A DNA stretch of 64,000 bases from an uncultured Chromatiaceae bacterium (GCA_945787735.1 CALZIQ010000004.1:2075-66074); one strand, 5' to 3'; numbered from the stretch's first letter, positions 9,766 to 18,195 are shown. The notes: generated by a model not told the origin, from the sequence alone. A program made the numbers and translations.

Positions 9766-11178
9766 ATGGCAAAAAAATATGATGCTGGTGTAAAAGAATA
9801 CCGCGATCTGTACTGGGCACCGGACTACGTTCCTCTCGATACCGACTTGCTGGCCTGTTTTAAGGTGGTAGGGCAAGCTGGTGTCCCGCGTGAGGAAGTT
9901 GCTGCTGCGGTAGCGGCAGAAAGTTCAACTGGTACCTGGTCTACTGTATGGTCTGAGTTGTTGACCGACCTTGAATTCTATAAAGGTCGTGCGTATCGCA
10001 TCGAAGACGTGCCGGGTGATCCCGACGCTTTCTATACTTTCATTGCTTATCCTCTGGATTTGTTCGAAGAAGGTTCGGTTGTTAATGTGCTGACCTCTCT
10101 GGTTGGTAACGTATTTGGTTTCAAGGCCCTGCGTACTCTGCGTCTGGAAGATATCCGTTTTCCGATCGCCTTCATCAAGACTTGTGGTGGTCCTCCTGCT
10201 GGTATACAGCTGGAGCGCGATCGTCTGAATAAGTACGGTCGTCCATTGCTGGGTTGTACCATCAAACCTAAGCTGGGTCTGTCTGCTAAGAACTACGGTC
10301 GTGCGGTATATGAGTGTCTGCGCGGTGGTCTGGATCTGACCAAAGATGATGAAAACATCAACTCTCAGCCATTCATGCGCTGGCGTGATCGTTGGGACTT
10401 CGTTGCTGAAGCCATCGACAAGGCAGAGCGCGAAACCGGTGAGCGTAAGGGGCATTACTTAAACGTTACAGCGGCTACTCCAGAAGAAATGTACAAGCGC
10501 GCTGAGTACGCTAAAGAGCTGAACATGCCTATCATCATGCATGATTTCCTGACGGGTGGATTTACTGCTAACACTGGCCTGGCTAACTGGTGTCGTGAAA
10601 ATGGCATCCTGCTGCACATTCACCGTGCCATGCATGCTGTAATCGACCGTAATCCACACCACGGTATCCACTTCCGCGTATTGGCCAAGTGTCTGCGTCT
10701 GTCTGGTGGTGATCAGCTGCACACTGGTACCGTTGTAGGTAAGTTGGAAGGTGATCGTCAGTCAACACTAGGTTTCGTAGACCAGTTGCGTGAGTCTTTC
10801 GTTCCTGAAGATCGCAGCCGAGGTGTTTTCTTTGACCAAGACTGGGGTTCAATGCCAGGTGTATTCGCAGTAGCTTCTGGTGGTATCCACGTATGGCACA
10901 TGCCTGCGCTGCTGAATATCTTTGGTGATGATTCTTGTTTGCAGTTCGGTGGTGGTACGCAGGGTCACCCATGGGGTAATGCTGCAGGTGCTTCGGCTAA
11001 CCGTGTAGCACTGGAAGCCTGTGTTAAAGCCCGTAACGAGGGCCGTGAACTTGAGCGTGAAGCACGTGAAATTCTGACAGAAGCTGCCCAGCATAGCCCA
11101 GAGTTGGCTATTGCGATGGAAACTTGGAAAGAAATCAAGTTTGAATTCGACACTGTTGACAAGTTGGACGTTGCATAA
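9766..11178 (+). CDS. cbbL: RubisCO form IA large subunit
   Basis: 470-aa ORF starting '[17 protein letters not shown]', with the carbamylation-site region '[23 protein letters not shown]'. It is followed by cbbS and the cso genes. Confidence 0.98.
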   Translation: MAKKYDAGVKEYRDLYWAPDYVPLDTDLLACFKVVGQAGVPREEVAAAVAAESSTGTWSTVWSELLTDLEFYKGRAYRIEDVPGDPDAFYTFIAYPLDLFEEGSVVNVLTSLVGNVFGFKALRTLRLEDIRFPIAFIKTCGGPPAGIQLERDRLNKYGRPLLGCTIKPKLGLSAKNYGRAVYECLRGGLDLTKDDENINSQPFMRWRDRWDFVAEAIDKAERETGERKGHYLNVTAATPEEMYKRAEYAKELNMPIIMHDFLTGGFTANTGLANWCRENGILLHIHRAMHAVIDRNPHHGIHFRVLAKCLRLSGGDQLHTGTVVGKLEGDRQSTLGFVDQLRESFVPEDRSRGVFFDQDWGSMPGVFAVASGGIHVWHMPALLNIFGDDSCLQFGGGTQGHPWGNAAGASANRVALEACVKARNEGRELEREAREILTEAAQHSPELAIAMETWKEIKFEFDTVDKLDVA

Positions 11179-11226
11179 CGTCCCGTCTTTCCTGAACAAC
11201 GTACGAATTAACAGAGAGGAATAAAG

Positions 11227-11562
11227 ATGAATACCGGAATTGTAGGTGATTATCAAACCAAGGCCCAATTAGAGACTTTTAGTTATCTTCCTAAGTTCAC
11301 CGCTGAAGACGTGCAAAAGCAAATTGCATACATTATTGCCAATAGCTGGTCCCCAGCGATTGAACATGAGCATCCAAGTAATTCCATGGATCACTACTGG
11401 ACTATGTGGAAGCTCCCCTTCTTCGGTGAAACTAATATGGGTAATGTGTTGACTGAGCTCGAAGCATGTCGTCGTGCCTATCCAGATCATCATCTTCGTT
11501 TGAGTGGTTACGACTCATATAGACAAAGCCAGGGTGTTAGCTTTGGGGTTTATGAAGGTTAA
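11227..11562 (+). CDS. cbbS: RubisCO small subunit
   Basis: 111-aa ORF 48 nt after cbbL, containing 'ETFSYLP...W.MWKLPFF'. Confidence 0.95.
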   Translation: MNTGIVGDYQTKAQLETFSYLPKFTAEDVQKQIAYIIANSWSPAIEHEHPSNSMDHYWTMWKLPFFGETNMGNVLTELEACRRAYPDHHLRLSGYDSYRQSQGVSFGVYEG

Positions 11563-11600
11563 GAGCTAAGAAGTAAGTTAAATCACGAGCGTCAGAAGAT

Positions 11601-11632
11601 GAATGTGAATAGCTGCACAGCTATTCGCATTC
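11601..11632 (+). promoter_or_regulatory. 14-bp stem-loop (one T-G wobble, GCAC loop) in the cbbS-csoS2 spacer
   Basis: GAATGTGAATAGCT gcac AGCTATTCGCATTC. There is no U-tract after it, so it is more likely a processing, stability or attenuation hairpin than a full terminator. Confidence 0.5.
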
Positions 11633-11650
11633 AGAACTGCCAGTACGGAG

Positions 11651-13948
11651 ATGACAATGGCACAAACAGCACGCGAAGCATCATTGGCTCGCCGCAAGGC
11701 ATTATCGTCAAGTGGTAAAGCCGCAATAACAGGAAAAGTTGATCGTACTCGCGCGGCATCTGCTGCTGCGGCTACAACATCGGTGCCGGCGACAAGTGCA
11801 CCTGCAGCATCAGCGTCTGCTGTAACGTACGCTGCTGCTCCTAACGCAGTTGCGCAGAGTGGCAGCAGTGCACGTAAAGCTGCATTGTCACGACGTATTG
11901 CAATGTCAAAAGGCGGCAAAAGGGCTGTAGCAAGTGCAGATAGAGTGCGCACTGGCGCTGGCCGCGCTTCAACAAACACCCCTGCAGCGGCTGAGCGCAA
12001 AGAAGGTTGTGATTGTGGGTGTGGTGAATGCGGTGGAAAGAAAAAGTCTGCTGCAGCAACAGGCGATTTGAACTTGTCATCGCTGGCCGTCCCACAAGTT
12101 ACTGTAAATGTACCGAACAAAATTGCAATGAGTCCTGCCAAAGCGGCGTCATTGTCGCGTCGTAAGGCTTTGTCTGCTAAAGGCAAGGCTGCGTTAAAAG
12201 GTGGCTCCGTGAGTGAGGCAAGTGCAGCACGTGCAGCTAATCCAAATATTAGTAGCCGTGAACTGGCTCAGGCATTGCGTCAGCAGCGCAGCGCTAAAGG
12301 CAAGACGGATAAGAAGAATACATCTGCGGTTGCGACAGGTCCTGGTCGTCATCGTAAGCCTCAAGAACCAGCGGAAGATCAGCCCTGGAAAGTTGGTGTG
12401 ACTGAAACGGCTTCTGGCCAGGCAGTTACGGGTACCATGGTAGATCGTGTCGCAGAAGTAACGGGAAATGAGGCAAGTACCTGCCGCACTGTTACAGGCA
12501 CAGAGTACATGGGGGCTGATGTTTTTCAAAGTTACTGTAAAGCTGAACCAAAAGCCGGTTTTAACCGTGTTTCTGTGACGACGACAGGTTCAGGTAATCC
12601 GGTGAGTGGCATTAGTGTTAGTCGTAGCGCCAAAGTAACTGGCAACGAGCCAGGCACATGTAAGGCGGTCACGGGAACTGAATATGTATCTTCAGAACAG
12701 GCTAATGCGTTCTGTGCGTCAAAAGCTCCAACTAAGCCGGCCAAGATTACATTGGCTGAAACGGCTAAGGGTAAAACAGTAAGCGGAAGCAACGTTGGTC
12801 GTTCAAGTAAAGTAACGGGTGATGAGCCTGGTTCTAATCGCCAACTAACTGGTACTCAGTATATGCAAGCCGGAAACGGAAATGCACCGACAAAAGTTGG
12901 AGTGAGCAAAACGCTACGCGGTGGTTCCGTTTCAGGTACACAGGTTGGCCGTAGCGACAAGGTGACAGGTGATGAGCCGGGTAGTTGCCGTAATGTTACT
13001 GGCGATGATTATGTAGGCGCAGAACAATATTCAGGTTTTTGCAAGAGTGCGCCTGCACCGACTGATCAGAAGGTAGGTGTGTCTGCCACTCTGATGGGAA
13101 AGGCTGTAACAGGTACCATGACTGATCGTGGTCGAAACGTAACGGGTAATGAAGCGGGTACCTGTAAAGCCGTTTCCGGCACGCCTTACGCCGGTTCTGC
13201 GCAGGCAGAAGCGTTTTGTTCATCGCCTGAAAAGTTTATGGCGATGGCGCGTGCACGCAAAGGTACGAGTAATGTAGGGCCGGTCGCTACGGGTCTTCAG
13301 CCGGGGATTAACGGTGTAATGACTGGCGCTGCCAAAGGTGCTTGTGAGCCTGTAACAGGCACGCCTTATATCGGTGCGGATCAGGCCGCCAATGCATGCC
13401 CAGCAACTGCGGCAACGCCAGTGAGTCCTGACTTTCCTCAGCCTATCGCAGGTCAGCCTTGGGGAGAGTTCAGTGTCGCGCCACCTTCAGGTGGTGCGTA
13501 TCAAGGTGCTCAGGTGAGCGGTATAACAGGTAGTCGCTATGAGCAAGGGCAAATTACCGGACCATTTGGGATGGCTGATGGCAAGGTAACAGGCACAGAA
13601 GAAGCGCGCTTCGGCGGGGGTGCTAAAACGGCAATGCCTGAGCCTGTTGTTGAGCCGATTGGAATGGTTGACGGCCCTGTTAAATCGCGCGTTACCGGTG
13701 AGGGTATGGCGGCTGGCCAGAAGATTACTGGCGACGATTGGGATCGTGGTGATCGAGTTACAGGTACTGAAGGTAATTCTGCGACACGTCGTAATCCCAC
13801 GCTTCGTGGTCCTACGCCTATGGCTTCAATGGCTGTGGTCAACAAGCGTAATGAAGAGGCACCTGTACCAGTAAGCAAAGTAACAGGAAGCAGTGGTAAT
13901 ACAGAGAAAGGTTCTTTGATTACTTATTCTGGTGGTGCTCGCGGTTAA
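11651..13948 (+). CDS. csoS2: Carboxysome scaffold protein CsoS2
   Basis: 765-aa low-complexity ORF. It has four basic N-terminal repeats ('RRKALSSSGKAA', 'RKAALSRRIAMSKGGKRA', 'SLSRRKALSAKGKAA', 'LRQQRSAKGK') and repeated 'VTG(N/D)E..(T/S)C..VTGT(E/Q)Y' middle repeats. Its position after cbbS also fits. The start could be the ATG at 11657. Confidence 0.9.
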   Translation: MTMAQTAREASLARRKALSSSGKAAITGKVDRTRAASAAAATTSVPATSAPAASASAVTYAAAPNAVAQSGSSARKAALSRRIAMSKGGKRAVASADRVRTGAGRASTNTPAAAERKEGCDCGCGECGGKKKSAAATGDLNLSSLAVPQVTVNVPNKIAMSPAKAASLSRRKALSAKGKAALKGGSVSEASAARAANPNISSRELAQALRQQRSAKGKTDKKNTSAVATGPGRHRKPQEPAEDQPWKVGVTETASGQAVTGTMVDRVAEVTGNEASTCRTVTGTEYMGADVFQSYCKAEPKAGFNRVSVTTTGSGNPVSGISVSRSAKVTGNEPGTCKAVTGTEYVSSEQANAFCASKAPTKPAKITLAETAKGKTVSGSNVGRSSKVTGDEPGSNRQLTGTQYMQAGNGNAPTKVGVSKTLRGGSVSGTQVGRSDKVTGDEPGSCRNVTGDDYVGAEQYSGFCKSAPAPTDQKVGVSATLMGKAVTGTMTDRGRNVTGNEAGTCKAVSGTPYAGSAQAEAFCSSPEKFMAMARARKGTSNVGPVATGLQPGINGVMTGAAKGACEPVTGTPYIGADQAANACPATAATPVSPDFPQPIAGQPWGEFSVAPPSGGAYQGAQVSGITGSRYEQGQITGPFGMADGKVTGTEEARFGGGAKTAMPEPVVEPIGMVDGPVKSRVTGEGMAAGQKITGDDWDRGDRVTGTEGNSATRRNPTLRGPTPMASMAVVNKRNEEAPVPVSKVTGSSGNTEKGSLITYSGGARG
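13096..13165 (+). other. Candidate -1 programmed ribosomal frameshift element inside csoS2
   Basis: There is an in-frame X_XXY_YYZ heptamer G_GGA_AAG at 13096-13102. After a 6-nt spacer comes a 9-bp stem, ACAGGTACC (13109-13117) paired with GGTACCTGT (13157-13165). The -1 frame reaches TGA at 13123-13125. Confidence 0.45.
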
Positions 13949-13974
13949 TAATCCCGGCATTATGTAGGTAGAAA

Positions 13975-15477
13975 ATGATTAGGCGTAGACCAACAAGTTC
14001 TTTGTCGAGAAGTAATCGAGAAAGAGCAGTTCAGCCAAAGACAGCGAATAGTAGTCGCTCATCAATGATGAGACCTCTGACTGCTGTGTCTGGCTCCGCC
14101 GATCATCCACTGGTAGATGGCTTTGAAAACAGCCATTTGTATCAATACGAGACGTCAGTCAAAAAAGCGTTTGATGCAATTGTGCCAACCTTGAAAAAGG
14201 TTTCGGCATACCAGCACGAAGAAGATTTTGTTGTACGTGTGCAAACAGTAGCCATGCAACAACTTGGGTTTGAGTTGCCAGATGAAATACTGGAAAACGC
14301 CTGGGTTGATCAATTGGACATGCGTTCATTGTTTGCTTGGTGTGTGTTCAAGACTTATCACCGTTTTTGTGATGATTTTTTTGGCAAAGCACCACTGAAC
14401 AATAAAAACGCTGAAGGGTTTCAGAGCTTTCTTCAGCAGTGTGGTTTCCACACCTTGGATGTTTCGCCCTGTGCAGACGGACGACTGGCCCATGCTATTC
14501 GTTACGTCCTAAGGCTGCCGATTGAAGCGGTTCGCCGTAAGTCTTACGCTGGCGCCATGTTTGATATTGATAACAGCATCCAGAAGTGGGTAGAAACGGA
14601 AATGCTGCGTTACAGGGAAGGCCAGCCAAATACGGCAGATGCATCGACGCGTTATCTGAAGACTGTTGCCTATCACTTCAGTTCGGTTGATCCGAGTCAT
14701 GAGGGTTGCGCGGCGCATGGCTCTGATGATGCGAAAGCGGCAGCGGAAGGTTTGAATCGTTTGTTGGCGTTTCAGCAGGCAATCGAAAACAGTTTTTGTT
14801 GTGGTGCCTCTATCGATCTGTTGTTGTTAGGTATTGATACAGACACTGACGCAATCAAGGTGCATATCCCTGATGCGAACGGCAACATTGATTTAGATAA
14901 GTTTGTTGATGCCAGAGAGGTTTATCTGCAAACACAACGCTTGTCAGCGACTGAGGGAATGCAGCGAATCGAACAGATGATTCGTAATGTGCAAGAAAGT
15001 GTTAACGAAGGGATGTTGAAGCTGATAAGCAAGCTGCTCGTTAACAACTTGTCGCAAATTGAATATGTACGTCGCTACTTTGGTAGCAACTACAAAGATA
15101 TCGGCCATGCTGAACGTTTTATCGGAGCAGGTATCGGTTTTGAAGAGGTGCAACTACGCAATCTGACATATTTTGCGTATTTGGACACTGTTGAGGAGTC
15201 AACGGCTGACTTTGATGTTGGCATTAAGATCTTCAGTAAACTGAATGTTGCAAATGGTTTGCCGGTGCCCGTTGTGATTCGGTTTGATTATCACGGCCAG
15301 GTTCCCGGGGCACGTGAAAGAGCAGTAGAACGTTGTCAGCGTGTTTCAGATGCAGTGGAGAGCAGATATGGCGAGCTTGCAGAAAAAGGTTTGTTGCACA
15401 CGCTGCTGGTAATTCGTGATTGCAATGCAAACGGCCAGATAGAGATTTTAGGTTCGTCGTTGAAAACGGCGATATAG
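13975..15477 (+). CDS. csoS3: Carboxysome shell carbonic anhydrase CsoSCA (CsoS3)
   Basis: 500-aa ORF containing 'DVSPCADGRL', 'YHFSSVDPSHEGCAAHGSDD' and 'CCGASIDLLLLGIDTDTDAI', which match remembered CsoSCA motifs. Confidence 0.9.
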   Translation: MIRRRPTSSLSRSNRERAVQPKTANSSRSSMMRPLTAVSGSADHPLVDGFENSHLYQYETSVKKAFDAIVPTLKKVSAYQHEEDFVVRVQTVAMQQLGFELPDEILENAWVDQLDMRSLFAWCVFKTYHRFCDDFFGKAPLNNKNAEGFQSFLQQCGFHTLDVSPCADGRLAHAIRYVLRLPIEAVRRKSYAGAMFDIDNSIQKWVETEMLRYREGQPNTADASTRYLKTVAYHFSSVDPSHEGCAAHGSDDAKAAAEGLNRLLAFQQAIENSFCCGASIDLLLLGIDTDTDAIKVHIPDANGNIDLDKFVDAREVYLQTQRLSATEGMQRIEQMIRNVQESVNEGMLKLISKLLVNNLSQIEYVRRYFGSNYKDIGHAERFIGAGIGFEEVQLRNLTYFAYLDTVEESTADFDVGIKIFSKLNVANGLPVPVVIRFDYHGQVPGARERAVERCQRVSDAVESRYGELAEKGLLHTLLVIRDCNANGQIEILGSSLKTAI

Positions 15478-15492
15478 CGCGGAGATGACCAG

Positions 15493-15738
15493 GTGAAAAT
15501 CGTTCAGGTAGAAAAACCTTTGGTGTCGACCAACCGCATTCCGGAAATGGAGCACAAGCATTTGCAAGTCGTGCGTGATGGTTCTTCGTTAGCCGTGGCC
15601 GTTGACGCCGTAGGTGCTAAACCTGGAGATTGGGTGATTTGTGTTGGTAGTTCGGCCGCGCGTGAAGCTGCAGGGAGTAAAGGGTATCCGAGTGACCTGA
15701 CCATCGTGGGCATAATTGACCACTGGGAAGAAGAATAG
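15493..15738 (+). CDS. csoS4A: Carboxysome vertex (pentamer) protein CsoS4A, EutN/CcmL family
   Basis: 81-aa ORF with a GTG start after 'ggaga', beginning 'MKIVQVEKPLVSTNRIPEM'. Confidence 0.85.
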   Translation: MKIVQVEKPLVSTNRIPEMEHKHLQVVRDGSSLAVAVDAVGAKPGDWVICVGSSAAREAAGSKGYPSDLTIVGIIDHWEEE

Positions 15739-15748
15739 GCTGTCAGCC

Positions 15749-16006
15749 GTGGATATCTACCAGGCAGAAAAGACATTGGTTTGTACTAGCCGTATACCCG
15801 GCTTAAAACAAGCTCCTTTGCGTATCTTACGTAGCAGAAGCGGCAGTAAAGTGGTAGCAACCGATCCGGTTGGTGTAAGAGAAGGTAATTGGGTTTTTAC
15901 CTCAAGTGGCTCGGCAGCACGTTTTGCACAAGGCGACTTTGAAGTACTGACTGATTTAACGATTGCAGGAATTATTGATAACTGGCAAGAAGACGCCAGT
16001 CAATAA
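15749..16006 (+). CDS. csoS4B: Carboxysome vertex protein CsoS4B, EutN/CcmL family
   Basis: I chose the in-frame GTG at 15749, 11 nt after the csoS4A stop. The track start at 15716 would overlap csoS4A. Contains 'TLVCTSRIPGL...GSAARF'. Confidence 0.8.
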   Translation: MDIYQAEKTLVCTSRIPGLKQAPLRILRSRSGSKVVATDPVGVREGNWVFTSSGSAARFAQGDFEVLTDLTIAGIIDNWQEDASQ

Positions 16007-16055
16007 ATTTAAAGACAGTAATTTTAATTTAACTGAGATATCAGGAGACAAACAA

Positions 16056-16355
16056 ATGGCTAGTGAAAACTACGGTATTGCCTTGGGTATGATCGAAACT
16101 CGTGGCTTAGTGCCAGCAATTGAAGCAGCAGATGCGATGACCAAAGCAGCTGAAGTTCGTCTGATTGGTCGTGAGTTTGTTGGTGGTGGTTATGTCACTG
16201 TTTTGGTTCGTGGCGAAACAGGCGCAGTAAACGCAGCCGTTCGTGCGGGTGCTGACGCTTGTGAACGTGTTGGTGACGGCCTTGTGGCTGCGCACATCAT
16301 TGCACGCCCTCATAAAGAAGTTGAGCCAGTATTACCAACTGGTGGCGCTGCTTAA
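16056..16355 (+). CDS. csoS1: Carboxysome hexameric shell protein CsoS1 (BMC-H), copy 1
   Basis: ATG at 16056 after 'aggaga'. Contains '[31 protein letters not shown]'. The track start at 15963 is an extension. Confidence 0.95.
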   Translation: MASENYGIALGMIETRGLVPAIEAADAMTKAAEVRLIGREFVGGGYVTVLVRGETGAVNAAVRAGADACERVGDGLVAAHIIARPHKEVEPVLPTGGAA

Positions 16356-16409
16356 TTTAAGCACATTATTTTTTAAACGAGACATTAGATACTCTAGAGG
16401 AGAGCGAAG

Positions 16410-16700
16410 ATGGCCAATGATAATTACGGTATTGCTCTGGGCATGATTGAAACACGTGGTTTAGTGCCAGCAATAGAAGCAGCAGATGCAATGACTAAAG
16501 CAGCTGAAGTTCGTCTGGTTGGACGTGAGTTTGTTGGTGGCGGTTACGTTACCGTTCTGGTTCGTGGTGAAACAGGTGCAGTGAACGCAGCCGTTCGTGC
16601 CGGTGCTGATGCCTGCGAGCGTGTCGGTGACGGCCTTGTGGCTGCACACATCATCGCCCGCCCACATAATGAAGTTGAGAATGTATTAGGCAAGAAGTAG
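16410..16700 (+). CDS. csoS1: Carboxysome hexameric shell protein CsoS1 (BMC-H), copy 2
   Basis: 96-aa ORF whose core is almost identical in protein sequence to copies 1 and 3. Confidence 0.95.
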   Translation: MANDNYGIALGMIETRGLVPAIEAADAMTKAAEVRLVGREFVGGGYVTVLVRGETGAVNAAVRAGADACERVGDGLVAAHIIARPHNEVENVLGKK

Positions 16701-16758
16701 CATATGCTACAAATTTTACAATCCAAACAAGCCATTTTTCATAAAGGAGCATAAGGCC

Positions 16759-17055
16759 ATGGCAAATGAAACATACGGTATTGCATTGGGTATGATTGAA
16801 ACCCGCGGTTTGGTACCGGCTATTGAAGCGGCGGATGCGATGACAAAAGCAGCGGAAGTGCGCCTTGTAGGTCGCGAATTTGTTGGCGGTGGTTATGTCA
16901 CTGTGCTCGTTCGTGGCGAAACAGGTGCTGTGAATGCGGCTGTTCGTGCCGGTGCCGACGCGTGTGAGCGTGTGGGTGACGGACTTGTAGCTGCACACAT
17001 CATTGCTCGCCCACACAAGGAAGTTGAGCAAGTACTGGGTGGTGCTCAGGCCTAA
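16759..17055 (+). CDS. csoS1: Carboxysome hexameric shell protein CsoS1 (BMC-H), copy 3
   Basis: 98-aa ORF with the same core sequence and a distinct C-terminal tail. Confidence 0.95.
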   Translation: MANETYGIALGMIETRGLVPAIEAADAMTKAAEVRLVGREFVGGGYVTVLVRGETGAVNAAVRAGADACERVGDGLVAAHIIARPHKEVEQVLGGAQA

Positions 17056-17145
17056 TATTGAGATGAGTGCATTGCGGGGAGCTGTTTTTTTACATGCTCC
17101 CAGCCATGTCTCTCGTACATACCTGGTTCTCATAGAGCAGCGTTA

Positions 17146-17598
17146 ATGATGCAGGATCCTACGGTACTTGGATATCTTGGTCGGGCTTTAAGCCTCGAAA
17201 TGTCAGCTGTGCAGCAATATCTGGCGTTAGCGAGGCTGTTGGAAGTTCGTGGCATGACCAAAGCGGGTGAAAAATTCCGTCATGAAGCACAGGAAGAAAT
17301 GGAGCATGCGGAACGGATCATGGGGCGGATGTTGGCGCTCGGGGTGGCCCCCGGCTCAAGTCAGCTCAGGCCGGTGCGTCTCGATGGTTCTTTGCCACAA
17401 CTGATGCAACATGTGAGTCAGTTAGAGCATCAAGCTGTGAGTTTTTATGCTCAGGCGGTGAGTCATTGCGAGCGGTCACAGGATCCTGAAAACAGGATGT
17501 TTTTCGCAACGCTGCTGCAAGAAGAGCAACAGCATGCCTCTGACATGGATGCCTGGCGGCAGCAAATTGAGACCGGAATGACGGTCGAATTGGGTTAG
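17146..17598 (+). CDS. Bacterioferritin/ferritin-like di-iron domain protein, carboxysome-operon associated
   Basis: 150-aa ORF with two ExxH motifs ('EEMEHAERI', 'QEEQQHASD'). It sits directly after csoS1, as in other cso loci. Confidence 0.7.
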   Translation: MMQDPTVLGYLGRALSLEMSAVQQYLALARLLEVRGMTKAGEKFRHEAQEEMEHAERIMGRMLALGVAPGSSQLRPVRLDGSLPQLMQHVSQLEHQAVSFYAQAVSHCERSQDPENRMFFATLLQEEQQHASDMDAWRQQIETGMTVELG

Positions 17599-17612
17599 AC
17601 GAGGGCCACACC

Positions 17613-17891
17613 ATGATTGATAACTGGGTCATACGTAAACGTCCGGCACGCTTGGAACGCCGCTTTGAATTCTCTGACTATGAAGAAACGCGTGAGTTTT
17701 TAGATCGTGCTGCCGAACTGGCCGAGCGGGAGGATTACTACCCAGATATGAGTTTTGGCCGCACCCATGTCAGTATGACACTGAATCCTCGAGAGGAAGG
17801 TGGTGAAGTGGACGAGGCATTGATGGAATATGCCCGTATGGTGGATGCCTTGTTGCCAAGCTCCCGGCTTAGCGATCAGTCTGCTGGGTAA
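17613..17891 (+). CDS. Pterin-4a-carbinolamine-dehydratase-like protein (acRAF-type RubisCO assembly factor candidate)
   Basis: 92-aa ORF with PCD-fold-like 'DYYPDMSFGRTHVSMTL', in which YY replaces the catalytic HH of true PCDs. Its operon context also fits. Confidence 0.7.
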   Translation: MIDNWVIRKRPARLERRFEFSDYEETREFLDRAAELAEREDYYPDMSFGRTHVSMTLNPREEGGEVDEALMEYARMVDALLPSSRLSDQSAG

Positions 17892-17908
17892 CATTGAGAG
17901 GAAACAAA

Positions 17909-18157
17909 ATGACTACCAACAGCAATCAGAATAAATCTAGCAATGAGAAGCCAGAAGCGAAATCAGCTGGGGTGGACAAGAACGTTGCTTCTACTGAAAA
18001 GCCAGATGTGACAGAGACTGCAGCGAGTTCTTCAACTGCTGCTAAGTCGGCACAAAAAACAGCTAAAACGCCGAGAAAAAAACAGGCACCACGTCGAAGT
18101 CAAAGCAAAGCTGAAGAATCTACGTTATTTTCTTCGCGTCGGGTATGGCCTGACTAA
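17909..18157 (+). CDS. Small disordered K/S/T/A/E-rich protein ending in RVWPD; McdB-like candidate
   Basis: ATG at 17909 follows 'gagagg'. The 82-aa product has almost no aromatic residues except the terminal W. It shares 'STEKP' and the C-terminal 'RVWPD' with the ORF at 23087-23242. Confidence 0.45.
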   Translation: MTTNSNQNKSSNEKPEAKSAGVDKNVASTEKPDVTETAASSSTAAKSAQKTAKTPRKKQAPRRSQSKAEESTLFSSRRVWPD

Positions 18158-18173
18158 GTCGGTGACATTTCCT

Positions 18174-18195
18174 GTGCTGCTTGATCATGCAGCAC
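18174..18195 (+). other. 7-bp stem-loop just after the McdB-like ORF
   Basis: GTGCTGC ttgatcat GCAGCAC, with no U-tract. It may be an operon boundary or a processing site. Confidence 0.3.

Noticed and set aside
9925-10972. Antisense ORFs of 176, 129 and 87 aa inside cbbL.
   Set aside because: They lie opposite a highly conserved RubisCO gene and have a low-complexity Thr/Gln/Arg composition typical of shadow frames.
12040-12046. The 'G AAA AAG' run in the KKK codons of csoS2 as a possible slippery site.
   Set aside because: The first position does not fit X_XXY_YYZ, and it lies in the N-terminal domain, far from where CsoS2 isoforms are known to diverge.
11578-12186. 202-aa antisense ORF (Ala-rich) opposite the 5' part of csoS2, and other antisense ORFs within csoS2 (12194-12529, 12532-12792, 13537-13878).
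   Set aside because: They are shadow ORFs of a repetitive, GC/Ala-rich coding region. They have no RBS or family resemblance, and the sense strand is clearly CsoS2.
12463-12469. Second in-frame X_XXY_YYZ heptamer, G_GGA_AAT, in csoS2, with an immediate -1 frame TGA.
   Set aside because: The AAT A-site codon is a poor bacterial shifter. Only weak 4-bp stems follow it. The position, about residue 272, would remove nearly all middle repeats. The G_GGA_AAG site at 13096 is the better candidate.
17077-17101. GGGAGC-N13-GCTCCC hairpin after the last csoS1 as a terminator.
   Set aside because: The stem is only 6 bp with a 13-nt loop and no trailing U-tract. That is too weak to call.
16651-17133. 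160-aa antisense ORF spanning csoS1 copy 3.
   Set aside because: It lies opposite a near-invariant BMC gene and has no support.
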